Virus record (IMG/VR): IMGVR_UViG_3300037200_000120
Location: 34,893-98,892 of that record
Source: a virus
DNA: 64,000 bases
Reading direction: 5' to 3' (one strand)
Shown piece by piece: positions 9,760 to 18,871 of the stretch (position 1 is its first letter; every line of letters starts with the position of its first letter). The notes under the pieces are model-generated. The model worked only from the letters and a program-made list of their open reading frames with translations. It ran no database searches and was not told the DNA's origin. The position numbers were made by a program, and so were the translations under genes.

Positions 9760-12700
9760 TCGCCGCTCCCTTTCTCGCATCTTGTCTGTTAGAAATCGCC
9801 CGGGACGCCGCTATGGCCGCTACGCGGTTCAATTGCTGAGTGAATTTGATGTCGCGGCTGATCAACTTGGTCGGAGCCGCCTGTTCCAAAGCAGTGCGCG
9901 CCATTTCTGGATAGAGGATCATCTTCTGCATCAGCGCGGAAACGTCATTCATTCCAGCCGCGCGCTTGGCCTGGATCAGTTTCTTCGCCACGGCGGAGCC
10001 AGCCCCGACGGCGGCGCCAATTGCTTTCGTCATCGGGCCCCCGGGGATTTCTTTTCCGGCGTCGGCGCCGAGCAACATTTCGGCGAACAACGACAAGTGG
10101 CCGTGTCTGCTTTCATTAGCGGTTTTCAGATACTTGACGATATCTTGCGCCGTGGTCGGGCGTCCGGGAAGCCCCTGCTCGTCAGCGAGCGTCGAGACGT
10201 GCTTCAGTTCGGCCGCGACCGCATCGATGCCCTTCAGTTCGTCTTTGTCGAATATCTGCGCCAAGACAGTCCGATTCTGTTTGACGAAATTTTGAAAGAC
10301 GTCGCCCTTGACCTTGTCCTTGTTCGAAATCGCTTTGCTTTCGAGGAAATCAGCGACGGCTTTCCTCAAACCATCACGGGCATCGGGATTGTCTTTCACT
10401 TCCGCCGCGAGTTGGCGCATTGCTTGAATGCGATCCGAGCGAGCGAAAAGTTTACCGATTTCGTCAGTGACGCCTTGGGCATCCGAAAGTCCCATGATTT
10501 TGCCGAGCGCGCCCTTCTGATAGGCGTCTAGCGTTGCGGCGCGCATCGCCGTGGCGTCGGCCACGGCTTCGCCCGCTTTCGCTGCGGTCGCGAATTGCTC
10601 GGGAGAGCCGCCGACCTCGCCGAGGGCTCGCAAGGCATCCGAATGGCTCTTGGCCCAAGCGGCATATTTCGCAGGGTCCATCACACCCTTGTCGTCGACT
10701 GCGGCTTTGCGGAGCGAAAGCGCGGCGGCGTCTGACAGGGTTTGGATCGCGTCGACGTCGTTACCCGTCGCGGTGGCGAACGAGCGAACGGCATCGGCGC
10801 CACCGGGGCCCGGCTTCCAAAACTTGCCTCCGAAACCAGAATCAAGGATGCGGAAATCGTCCTTGGCGCCGCGCTCGGCGAGGAAATCGCCGACAGGGCC
10901 CTTTTTGAACGTGTCGTTCTTTTCTTTCGTGGCTTCCGAAGCGGCCTTGATCCGATCGGCCGCCTCGGCGTCCATATTAGCCTCGAGCGGCGGTTTGGGC
11001 TCGCCGACAATATATCCGGCTTGCCTGGCATTCTCGATCGATCGCTCGTCCATCGAAACCGGCGCGGTCTTCATGCCGGCGTCGCGCATCGCGGCGAAAC
11101 GGTTGCGGCCATCGTCGAAGCCGGTCACGGTTCCATCGGAGAGTCGCTGTACCCCGAGCGAGGGAGCGGCGAAGGTATCGCCGTCTTTCAGCGAACCTAG
11201 GAAGTCGGCCGCGCCTTGCGCTTTGCCTCCCGAGCCTGGAGCGACGTGAAACCCGGTGTCCTTCCAATCCCGATCGACTTTGGCGACATCGACATTAACG
11301 ACGCGCTCGCCCTCTTGGGCGGGGCGAGCGGCGGCTAGGACGCGGGCTTGCTGATCAGGCGAAGATAGGCTTTCACTTCCCGCAGCATTTCCAGATCGCA
11401 CGCTAGGCGGTACTTCTGTTCCAGAAGCGCCACGAACGCCTTCCGATCGGAGTCCGACATTCCGCGCACCGTCTCCGCCAATGTTGATCCTGGCGTTTTC
11501 TGCTGCGGCTTGCTCGAATCCATGCCTTTCCGCCTCTAGCCGAGCTGCCATCGTGTCTTTGGCACGCATGGCATTCGCTTTGACCGCGACGGATTCTTGC
11601 GCGGCCTTATGCTCGGCGGCATCGACAATAGCTTGTTCGATAGCCCCACGCAATTGGGTTAGACGAGCCAGGACGGTAGGCGATCCGTTCGGCCCGCGCT
11701 GCGCCCGCATCTCTTCGGAAACCAGTGAGCGTAGATCGGTGACTTCCTTCAATTTTGAAACCGGGCCGAGGGCTTGAGCTGCATCGAACAGTTTCCGCTC
11801 CGAGCCCTCGATCGGCTTGGCCTTCTTCGCAGTTTCGCTCATGCCGGATTCGATCCGACGTGCGGCGCCGGAAATTGGCGCGGTTCCTAAAGCCAATTTT
11901 CCGTCGGGATCGATCGCATCCCAAAGCGTTTTTTCCCACGCTTTAGCGCCGGCATGGTTCGCCGCGAGTTGGGTTCGGGCGACATTGCCTATGTCTTCCG
12001 GTGCGGCGGTTCCACCGATTTCGGCGGTTTTGGCTTGCGCATGCGTCGTCGCCTGGCGCTGGACGCCAGCCAAAGCATCGTCGAGTTCGGCCAACTGATC
12101 GCGGATATGCGCGGAGACAGCCGCAGGATCGCCGGTCGGTTGCAATGCCTTGATGACGCCGACGCGGGCTTCGTTCTGTTGGGCGCGGCGCTCGTTAAAC
12201 GGGGCTGGATTGGCTGTCTCAGCCTCGCGCTCCATGGAGCCGATGCCGCGATCCCCTATCGACTGATAGCTAGTGAGAGGAACGCCGCCAACGCCGGTAT
12301 CACCGTTTGTTCGCGAATTTTCCAACGCCTGATTTCGATCAGCAACGCCCTTGACGAAAAGGCGTTGCGCGAGCGCGAGCTTTTGCGGACTGTTGGCGTC
12401 GCCTTGGAACGGAGCGGCGTAGTCGCGGATGGCGCTGGCGCCCTCTCTCGCCAGCGTGGGCGCTTCGGCCAGCCCAGCGCCGGCAACGCCGCCAACGAGG
12501 TTCCCTGCCAATCTGGCTACGGGCTGCAAAGGCTCGGGGACGACAGCCGCGGCGCCTTCGCCAGTTCCTCCGGATAGGCCCCCAATAGCGGCGTTCGTCG
12601 CAGTCTGCGCTCCACTGGACCCGGACCCAAACGCGCTTTCGAGCGCCTTCGCCGCCATCGGATAGGCGTTCGCCAGTCCAGTCTTTCCGAGTCCAACGAC

Positions 12701-13318
12701 GCCAGCCTCGGGAACGAGCGCGGATGAAACACCGGACCCAATACCGCGTGCGATCGATTCTGCCGGGGTTTGCGCGACCGTGCTCTCCGGATTCATGCGC
12801 GGATCAACCGCGCCGAAAGCCTGCTTGATCGATTGTGAGCCCCCGACGGGGTTATCGATCGTCGGGATGGTCGACCCCGTCGCCGAGTTGACGGCTTGGA
12901 TGCCTTTGTTCATCAGCCATGCAGTGGCGTCGACCGGCACGCCGAGCGTGTCGATCGCACCTTCGCTCAGCCCGGCGCCGAAATTGCCGACGATCGAGCC
13001 AGCGGTCGCGGGTGTCGTTTTCTTCGGAGGTGGCGGAAGTTTTCCGTCGATGCCGGATTGCAAGAGGTCGAGCGTGCTCTGTCCTGGAGGTGAAGGTGCA
13101 GCGATCGGGGCAGCAGTCGGAGTGGGCGACCCGCTCGGCACGGGCACTCCCGACGGCTTCAGCGTGCCGTCGATCCCGCTCTGCAACAGATCGAGCGTCG
13201 CCTGTCCAGGCTGGCCGGAAACGACTTGGTCGCCGGCAGAGACAGGGCCCGGTGCGCCAGTCGCGTCCGAAGGCGCGGCAGGCGTCGGTGCTTTTGTGAC
13301 GTAGATATCGCCGGACAT
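9749..13318 (-). CDS. Large internal virion/DNA ejection protein (P22 gp16-like position) with ParB-like insert
   Basis: 1189 aa Ala-rich helical; third of three ejection-type genes; internal FDDGRNRFAAMRDAG motif. Confidence 0.65.
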   Translation of the reverse strand: MSGDIYVTKAPTPAAPSDATGAPGPVSAGDQVVSGQPGQATLDLLQSGIDGTLKPSGVPVPSGSPTPTAAPIAAPSPPGQSTLDLLQSGIDGKLPPPPKKTTPATAGSIVGNFGAGLSEGAIDTLGVPVDATAWLMNKGIQAVNSATGSTIPTIDNPVGGSQSIKQAFGAVDPRMNPESTVAQTPAESIARGIGSGVSSALVPEAGVVGLGKTGLANAYPMAAKALESAFGSGSSGAQTATNAAIGGLSGGTGEGAAAVVPEPLQPVARLAGNLVGGVAGAGLAEAPTLAREGASAIRDYAAPFQGDANSPQKLALAQRLFVKGVADRNQALENSRTNGDTGVGGVPLTSYQSIGDRGIGSMEREAETANPAPFNERRAQQNEARVGVIKALQPTGDPAAVSAHIRDQLAELDDALAGVQRQATTHAQAKTAEIGGTAAPEDIGNVARTQLAANHAGAKAWEKTLWDAIDPDGKLALGTAPISGAARRIESGMSETAKKAKPIEGSERKLFDAAQALGPVSKLKEVTDLRSLVSEEMRAQRGPNGSPTVLARLTQLRGAIEQAIVDAAEHKAAQESVAVKANAMRAKDTMAARLEAERHGFEQAAAENARINIGGDGARNVGLRSEGVRGASGTEVPPSVRSGNAAGSESLSSPDQQARVLAAARPAQEGERVVNVDVAKVDRDWKDTGFHVAPGSGGKAQGAADFLGSLKDGDTFAAPSLGVQRLSDGTVTGFDDGRNRFAAMRDAGMKTAPVSMDERSIENARQAGYIVGEPKPPLEANMDAEAADRIKAASEATKEKNDTFKKGPVGDFLAERGAKDDFRILDSGFGGKFWKPGPGGADAVRSFATATGNDVDAIQTLSDAAALSLRKAAVDDKGVMDPAKYAAWAKSHSDALRALGEVGGSPEQFATAAKAGEAVADATAMRAATLDAYQKGALGKIMGLSDAQGVTDEIGKLFARSDRIQAMRQLAAEVKDNPDARDGLRKAVADFLESKAISNKDKVKGDVFQNFVKQNRTVLAQIFDKDELKGIDAVAAELKHVSTLADEQGLPGRPTTAQDIVKYLKTANESRHGHLSLFAEMLLGADAGKEIPGGPMTKAIGAAVGAGSAVAKKLIQAKRAAGMNDVSALMQKMILYPEMARTALEQAAPTKLISRDIKFTQQLNRVAAIAASRAISNRQDARKGAANVR

Positions 13319-16240
13319 TTACGGCAGCAATCCGGCGGTCTGCGCGAGTTTGACCTGAGCGGCCAAGGATTTCAGCACATCCTTGCCTCCAGGCTGAGCC
13401 GCCATTCTCGCCACCAAGGTCTGAGCCTCGGTCGGATTGTCGAGTTGCATCCGATGTAGAACGAAAGCGGCCGGGCTGATGTTCTCGTTCCAATAGGCTT
13501 GGAAATCTCGCCCTTCGGATTGCGGCATCGGACCGAGCGAATTATTGTTCGCAGCACGCCATCCAGCGGCGGCTTGCTGCTTGGCGATGGTGAAATCGCC
13601 GAGTCCCTTCATTTGCGGAATGACGAGCCCGATACCGCCTTCGCTCATTTCCGGGCTCGGCAGCGATTTGTTGATGAGTTGCATTTCCTGCACGCCCACG
13701 CGCGAACTCGTCTCATGCGCGGCCGCTCTGGAAACATTCCCTGCCATCTTGACGAAATCCTGATAGTCGGCGATCGACTGATCCAACCCAGGGGTAGAAA
13801 TGCCGAGACCCTTGGCGACCGATTGCAGGCCCTCGCGAGCGCTTTCCGCGAACGGCGCCCATTTGCCAGGCGTCCATGTTCCGCCCGCTGCGGCTTGCGC
13901 CACTTCATCGAGCGTTGTGTTCATTGTCCGCGCCGAGGATGCGGCTTGATCGAGTTGCGCCGGAAGTTCTCCGTAAGCTTTGCCTTGGCCCTCCTGTTCT
14001 TCTTTTTGCGCGATGGTCATCCCCGGCTGTAGCGTCGTCCATCCTAGAGGCGCGTTGCCGGCGGCGGCCGAGGCGGCGGGAGCGGCGGGCGAGACGCCGG
14101 GAGGCGCAACAGGAGCGGCCACGGGAGCCGGGGCATTCGCCGCGACAGGCTGAACGACAGGCGCTTGACCGGGCGGACCAGCCGCCGGAGCGATATTCGT
14201 CGGCGATGGCACGATGGGCGCGACGGTTCCTTGTGCGGGGGCGACGGGAGCGAGAGGGCTGGTTCCTCGTGCGGGGGCGACAGGAATCGGCGGCACAGGA
14301 ATATTGGCCGCTTGAGCCGTCGTCCCGACCCCTTGGTTGCTTCCGAAAATAGCGGGGCGCGCCCCCGGCGCACCTGCGCTCGGCGGAGGCGCGACCAGAT
14401 TCCCGACCGGGAATTTTCCATTCGCGATCGACTCGGCATAGGCTAGCCGCGTCGGTTCGGAATTGTTGCCGTAACGGATATAGCCGTGAAGCGCCTGATT
14501 GGCCGACGCGAGATCGGTGGCTTTGAGGAACGGCGCGGCAGAAGCGCTTTCCGGCCCACCCATCTCGTATTTGACGAAATCCAATTGCGTATTGAGGTCG
14601 GTAGGAGAAGCGCCGCGCGCGGCGGCGAAAGCATTCAGTGCGTTTCGGCGATCGAGACGCCATTGCAGAAGCCCGATACCGCCCTCGGTCGGGTTCGGCG
14701 CGGCTGGGTTGAATTCGCTTTCCTGCTTCATATTGCCGGTCAGCGCGGCGGCTTGGACCGGCGTGAATCCCCTCTGGATGAGGCCGGTGTAAATTCGCTG
14801 TCCGATATTTTGTGGTGTCACCCCCGCGGTTCCGCCCGCAGTTTCTCGCTGCGCGATGGTCTGCGCGCCTTGCGCATTGTCGGCCAAGACTTGAGCCTTG
14901 GTGGCACCCGCCGTTCCCCCCGCGCTCGGCGCCGCAGGGCCGATCATATTCTGGGGAACTTCGTTCGCGTTGCGGATCGTGCCGGGGACCGCAGGAGCGA
15001 ATGAATTTGCTGATGCAGGAATAGGCGCCGCGCCCGTTGTGGTCAATCCCGTCTTCGGATCGATCGCGTTGCCGCGCGCGTCAGTAGCGACCGGCGTTCC
15101 GTCTGCCGCGCGAGCGGTAGGCCCGCCAGCGGAACCGACAGGCAGCGGCGCGGAAGCCGCTTGAAGCCCGGGAGGCCCGAGCACGCGCCCCGGCGCAACC
15201 GGAGCCGCAGGAAGCCCTTGCGAATTAGCAGGAGGGGCTCCAGGCGGCGGAGAGAGCGGACCTGACGGCAAACCGTTGAACGGCGATGCTGCAAACGGCG
15301 CACCGCCCGCAGGTGTGTCGGACAGCCCGGGGGGCAACCGTACAGTTTGTTGCGGCTCGGTTACGAGCGGCTTGTTCAGTGTCTCAGCGCGCGTGGTCGC
15401 CGCTGTTTTCGCCCCCGCGACCGTAGGCGTATCGGTCGGGGCTATGCCCCCCTGCTGCATTCCCTTGGCAAGCGGCACGAGAGAGGATACCGGCGCCTGC
15501 CACAGATATTGCTCGGTCGCGGCGTCCATCGGCTGACCGGAAGCGGCGCGAACGGCCTTGAACCTTTGGATCAGGTCCGATCTGACTTCGGGAGGCAATG
15601 TTTGCGTCCCGTCAGGATCGGTGACTATTCCGCCGAGGAGTTCCGATGCGATCTGAGCTTTTTGCGTGGCGATGTCGGCTTGCGTTGCGACTGCGGTTTT
15701 GGTGGCGCCAGCCACCGCGCCGACGCCCGCCGCGCCCCCCTCTAGACCAGCGGCCGAGAGGCTTGTGGGATTCTGTGAAAGCCCAATACGTCCTGTGTTT
15801 TGAAGATTGGCCGTTGTCGTATCGGCCATCGTTTTGGCCGCGGTAGCCGCCGTCCCGACGAGGGCCGGCCCGGCCGGAGCCGCAGACATCGGATTGTTCG
15901 GATTGGCTGCATAGGCTCGGTTGCCAGCGATAGTCATCCCGCTCTGGACGTTCCCCAAAATCGCCGTCGATCCCGCCGGATCGGTTGCGCCGAGTCCGCT
16001 ATGGATAAGCGCGCCTTCCGGCTGCTCGCCGTTGGCGATACGGGAATTATAATCCTGAAGCGCGTTGAGCCCGATCGCGCCACGTTGAACATTCTGTCCC
16101 GTCAGAGCGGCTTGCGCTTGCGCTTCCTGCCCGCGCGCGGCCATATATTGCAACTGCGCCAGTGACGTGATCTGTCCGACGACGTCCGGCGGAGGGGCAA
16201 CCTTACCCTGAAGCGCGATCGTATTGTCGATCTCGGCCAT
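13319..16240 (-). CDS. Internal virion/ejection protein with phage tail lysozyme domain
   Basis: RGFTPVQAAALTGNMKQESEFNP...GIGLLQW...DLNTQLDFVKYEM matches the phage tail lysozyme (Phage_lysozyme2) pattern; Pro/Ala linkers. Confidence 0.75.
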   Translation of the reverse strand: MAEIDNTIALQGKVAPPPDVVGQITSLAQLQYMAARGQEAQAQAALTGQNVQRGAIGLNALQDYNSRIANGEQPEGALIHSGLGATDPAGSTAILGNVQSGMTIAGNRAYAANPNNPMSAAPAGPALVGTAATAAKTMADTTTANLQNTGRIGLSQNPTSLSAAGLEGGAAGVGAVAGATKTAVATQADIATQKAQIASELLGGIVTDPDGTQTLPPEVRSDLIQRFKAVRAASGQPMDAATEQYLWQAPVSSLVPLAKGMQQGGIAPTDTPTVAGAKTAATTRAETLNKPLVTEPQQTVRLPPGLSDTPAGGAPFAASPFNGLPSGPLSPPPGAPPANSQGLPAAPVAPGRVLGPPGLQAASAPLPVGSAGGPTARAADGTPVATDARGNAIDPKTGLTTTGAAPIPASANSFAPAVPGTIRNANEVPQNMIGPAAPSAGGTAGATKAQVLADNAQGAQTIAQRETAGGTAGVTPQNIGQRIYTGLIQRGFTPVQAAALTGNMKQESEFNPAAPNPTEGGIGLLQWRLDRRNALNAFAAARGASPTDLNTQLDFVKYEMGGPESASAAPFLKATDLASANQALHGYIRYGNNSEPTRLAYAESIANGKFPVGNLVAPPPSAGAPGARPAIFGSNQGVGTTAQAANIPVPPIPVAPARGTSPLAPVAPAQGTVAPIVPSPTNIAPAAGPPGQAPVVQPVAANAPAPVAAPVAPPGVSPAAPAASAAAGNAPLGWTTLQPGMTIAQKEEQEGQGKAYGELPAQLDQAASSARTMNTTLDEVAQAAAGGTWTPGKWAPFAESAREGLQSVAKGLGISTPGLDQSIADYQDFVKMAGNVSRAAAHETSSRVGVQEMQLINKSLPSPEMSEGGIGLVIPQMKGLGDFTIAKQQAAAGWRAANNNSLGPMPQSEGRDFQAYWNENISPAAFVLHRMQLDNPTEAQTLVARMAAQPGGKDVLKSLAAQVKLAQTAGLLP

Positions 16241-16246
16241 CAGCTA

Positions 16247-17110
16247 TCAGTTCAACAGATACGAGGTGTCGGGATTGTCTTGAATAGCGTCCTGGCCAGC
16301 GTCGGAAAGCCCCCCATAATTGCCCGTTGAATTCTGATATGCGCTGGCCAGATTCGTATTGCCACCCAGACCCAACTTATTGACGAGAAGAGAGCTCGTC
16401 AGGCCGCTACCCAAGCTGGAAAGACCGCCGGAAAGCGCGCTTGCGGACCCAACCGTTCCCGACGCCTGCGCCTGTCCGATCGCCTGTTGCGTATTGCCCT
16501 GCGAATTTCCTGCATTGGCCGAAAGGTTCGCGACTCCCGACGCCGCGCTCTGTCCCATACCAGCCAGCGATTGCAATCGGCTGAAATAGTTGCCGAATTG
16601 TTGCGAGGCCAAGCCTTGGCCATATTGTTCTGCGCCGATCGCAGCGCCGCCGCCGCCTACGGACAAACCCGGCGTGGTTCCCGCCGCAGCCGAGCGATCC
16701 AAGGCTTGCAAACCCTGCTGGAAAGCGAATTGATAGTCTGGCGATTGTGTGAAAGCTTGATCCGCTGCCGCCTGGACTTGTGGGCCGCCTGGGCTGGAAA
16801 TCGCCGAATAGATATTGCCGGGCGTCACGACCCCTGTCGGCGACACGGTCGCAGCGCCAGTCCCAGACGCGCCATAGGCGATCCCGTACAGGTTTGCGAG
16901 TTGATCCTCGGCGCCGAGGCCTACGGTCTCGTAAGGCGCTTCCGCCGCAAGTCCCGTGTTTTCCGCGGCGACTTGAGTGGCCAACGCATTTCGAGCAGCC
17001 GTCGCCTGTTGTGAAGATGCATTATTGGCCGCGCCAGCTTGAAGCGCCGAGCCGCCGAGCCCCAGAACGCCAGCTCCGACGACGGCGGTAGGAAGAGAGA
17101 TGCTCGGCAT
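16247..17110 (-). CDS. DNA transfer/ejection protein (P22 gp7-like)
   Basis: Gly/Ala-rich; SPDYQFAFQQGLQALDRSAAA and YGQGLASQQFGNY...L motifs typical of gp7-like proteins. Confidence 0.75.
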   Translation of the reverse strand: MPSISLPTAVVGAGVLGLGGSALQAGAANNASSQQATAARNALATQVAAENTGLAAEAPYETVGLGAEDQLANLYGIAYGASGTGAATVSPTGVVTPGNIYSAISSPGGPQVQAAADQAFTQSPDYQFAFQQGLQALDRSAAAGTTPGLSVGGGGAAIGAEQYGQGLASQQFGNYFSRLQSLAGMGQSAASGVANLSANAGNSQGNTQQAIGQAQASGTVGSASALSGGLSSLGSGLTSSLLVNKLGLGGNTNLASAYQNSTGNYGGLSDAGQDAIQDNPDTSYLLN

Positions 17111-17113
17111 TTT

Positions 17114-17590
17114 CTACTCCCTTCCGATCCAGAGGAAAAATTCGCGCTTGATGAATATGGCCTTGATCCGGGCGAACAGCGAACCGAGCCGCGCGCCACG
17201 CCCCAACATCCGATGATGCAGCAAGAGATAATCGACCCCGAACGCCCTCAGTTCATGAATCGAGAAATCCAGCATCCGCCTGCACAGATTCAGCCCAGCG
17301 AAGCCGTCGGCGGCATAGATCGCGCCTTGGTTCGCCATTACGAGCCCCCACGACTCGACATCCGGCTGTACGTTCCAAGTGCAATAAGCGAGCAATCGTC
17401 CGTCCAGCCTCGCCGTGACGAGCCGCAAGATCCCCGCATCGTTGATCGCCTGCATCGCCTCGACGTGGACGCGGAACGGGCGTTTCAGGGCCAATTGACC
17501 TTCGACCTCGGCGTAATGCGCGCGGGCCAGGGGTTCGGCGTCAGGCCACATCGAGGCCCACGATTCCCAACCGACGACGAGATCGCTCAC
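17114..17590 (-). CDS. GNAT-like acetyltransferase-fold protein
   Basis: LARAHYAEV...LVTARLDGRLLAYC pattern; position between gp10 and gp7 as in P22-like phages. Confidence 0.55.
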   Translation of the reverse strand: MSDLVVGWESWASMWPDAEPLARAHYAEVEGQLALKRPFRVHVEAMQAINDAGILRLVTARLDGRLLAYCTWNVQPDVESWGLVMANQGAIYAADGFAGLNLCRRMLDFSIHELRAFGVDYLLLHHRMLGRGARLGSLFARIKAIFIKREFFLWIGRE

Positions 17591-18141
17591 GCGAGAAGCT
17601 GCGCTTTCAGTCCTTCGATCCTCGCCTGATTATCGGCGAGATATTTCATGCGGGCGTGGACGTCGATCTGGACGTTGCGCCAAGCCATCTCGCGGTCCCA
17701 AGCCTCGTCCCACGGAATTTGCAGGCAATGCTCGAACAGAACCGCTCGCGTTCTGGCCTGACACAGATCGTCAAATTGAACGGTCAAGACGCCGGGATGC
17801 CCCGATATCTCGTTCAACATCGAGGCGCGCGCGATCAGTTCCCCCATCTTGGCCTCTATTCCAAATTGGGAAAGACTACGCTCGACTTCGGAGACAGGGC
17901 GCCGGATCACCGCGAACTTGGCCTCCGGCATCCGCTCACGGATCAGGCGCCAGCCCAACATCGCGGCGGTTTCGACGGCGCCGATCATTTCGCCGTCGAA
18001 TTTATTGAAGAAATCATTTGGCGTCGAGCACGTCGCCGCGATGTCATGGCCAACACGCCAGTTGCCGCTGATCGGATAGCGAAGATATTCGCGCGTCCAT
18101 GCCGTCCTGCTCCGAGGTAGTGCGAAGACGATGAAGGTCAT
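17587..18141 (-). CDS. Sulfotransferase-like P-loop protein
   Basis: N-terminal FIVFALPRSRTAW (PAPS-binding-loop-like) and VIRRPVSEVERS. Confidence 0.5.
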   Translation of the reverse strand: MTFIVFALPRSRTAWTREYLRYPISGNWRVGHDIAATCSTPNDFFNKFDGEMIGAVETAAMLGWRLIRERMPEAKFAVIRRPVSEVERSLSQFGIEAKMGELIARASMLNEISGHPGVLTVQFDDLCQARTRAVLFEHCLQIPWDEAWDREMAWRNVQIDVHARMKYLADNQARIEGLKAQLLA

Positions 18142-18557
18142 GCCACGCGCCGTTTCGGCACGACACGAATTACGGACTTGTTCGACACTATGAGGCGGGA
18201 ATAGACGTACCAGCGGATTTCTGTTTCGTCCGCGCCGACAGTGTCCTCATTGATCGCGGCGACGCGGATTTTGAAGGCTTCCAGTTCAGGTTTGACGCGC
18301 CAATAGAGAACGCCGGGCCGCTTCGCCTCGTAGTCGAGAACCGCCAGTCGCCAAGTCGCGACCGCGATTTCTTTCGTCGCGCACAAACACGGCTCTTTGG
18401 CGTCGCTGTCTCTGACGCCGCCGCTGCAAAACTCGATGTAGGCTTCGCCCGTGGGCGCCTTCCATGGCTCGCGGTTTTCATCGCCGTCCCAGTCGACACA
18501 GGTAATTCGTTGCGTGATGTCGCGGAGCGCTTCGTCGAGAGTCACTTGTTCACCCAC
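18138..18557 (-). CDS. Hypothetical protein
   Basis: Overlaps both neighbours; plausible composition. Confidence 0.5.
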   Translation of the reverse strand: MGEQVTLDEALRDITQRITCVDWDGDENREPWKAPTGEAYIEFCSGGVRDSDAKEPCLCATKEIAVATWRLAVLDYEAKRPGVLYWRVKPELEAFKIRVAAINEDTVGADETEIRWYVYSRLIVSNKSVIRVVPKRRVA

Positions 18558-18871
18558 CCGGTGCGCGAGCCGTTGACGCCGCTTTCTTTAACCCAGAACG
18601 TATTCGTCGATCCGCCCTGATTGTTCGAATAGAAATCGCCTAGATTGCCGGCGATGACGTTTTCGGGGGAACCTACCCCGGAACTCCATTTCTGGCCATT
18701 GCCGAGCGTCACCGTCGAAGTCGTTCCGGCCACGGTTCCGTTCAGCGCGTTCGTGATGTTGGTCAGAAAGCGCAGCCCTTGACCGGTAAGCAGATGCTGG
18801 GCGCCAGTCGCCATGTCTTTGGTCAGAGCGAGCGCGGCATTGGCCGAGGTGACGAGAGGCTTGTTTACCAT
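18542..18871 (-). CDS. Small virion protein (hypothetical)
   Basis: GVGSPENVIAGNLGDFY...FWVKESG...TGW motif seen in phage structural proteins. Confidence 0.55.
   Translation of the reverse strand: MVNKPLVTSANAALALTKDMATGAQHLLTGQGLRFLTNITNALNGTVAGTTSTVTLGNGQKWSSGVGSPENVIAGNLGDFYSNNQGGSTNTFWVKESGVNGSRTGWVNK

Noticed and set aside
1-9780. Diversity-generating retroelement acting on fibre genes
   Set aside because: No reverse transcriptase and no template/variable repeat pair were seen in the window.
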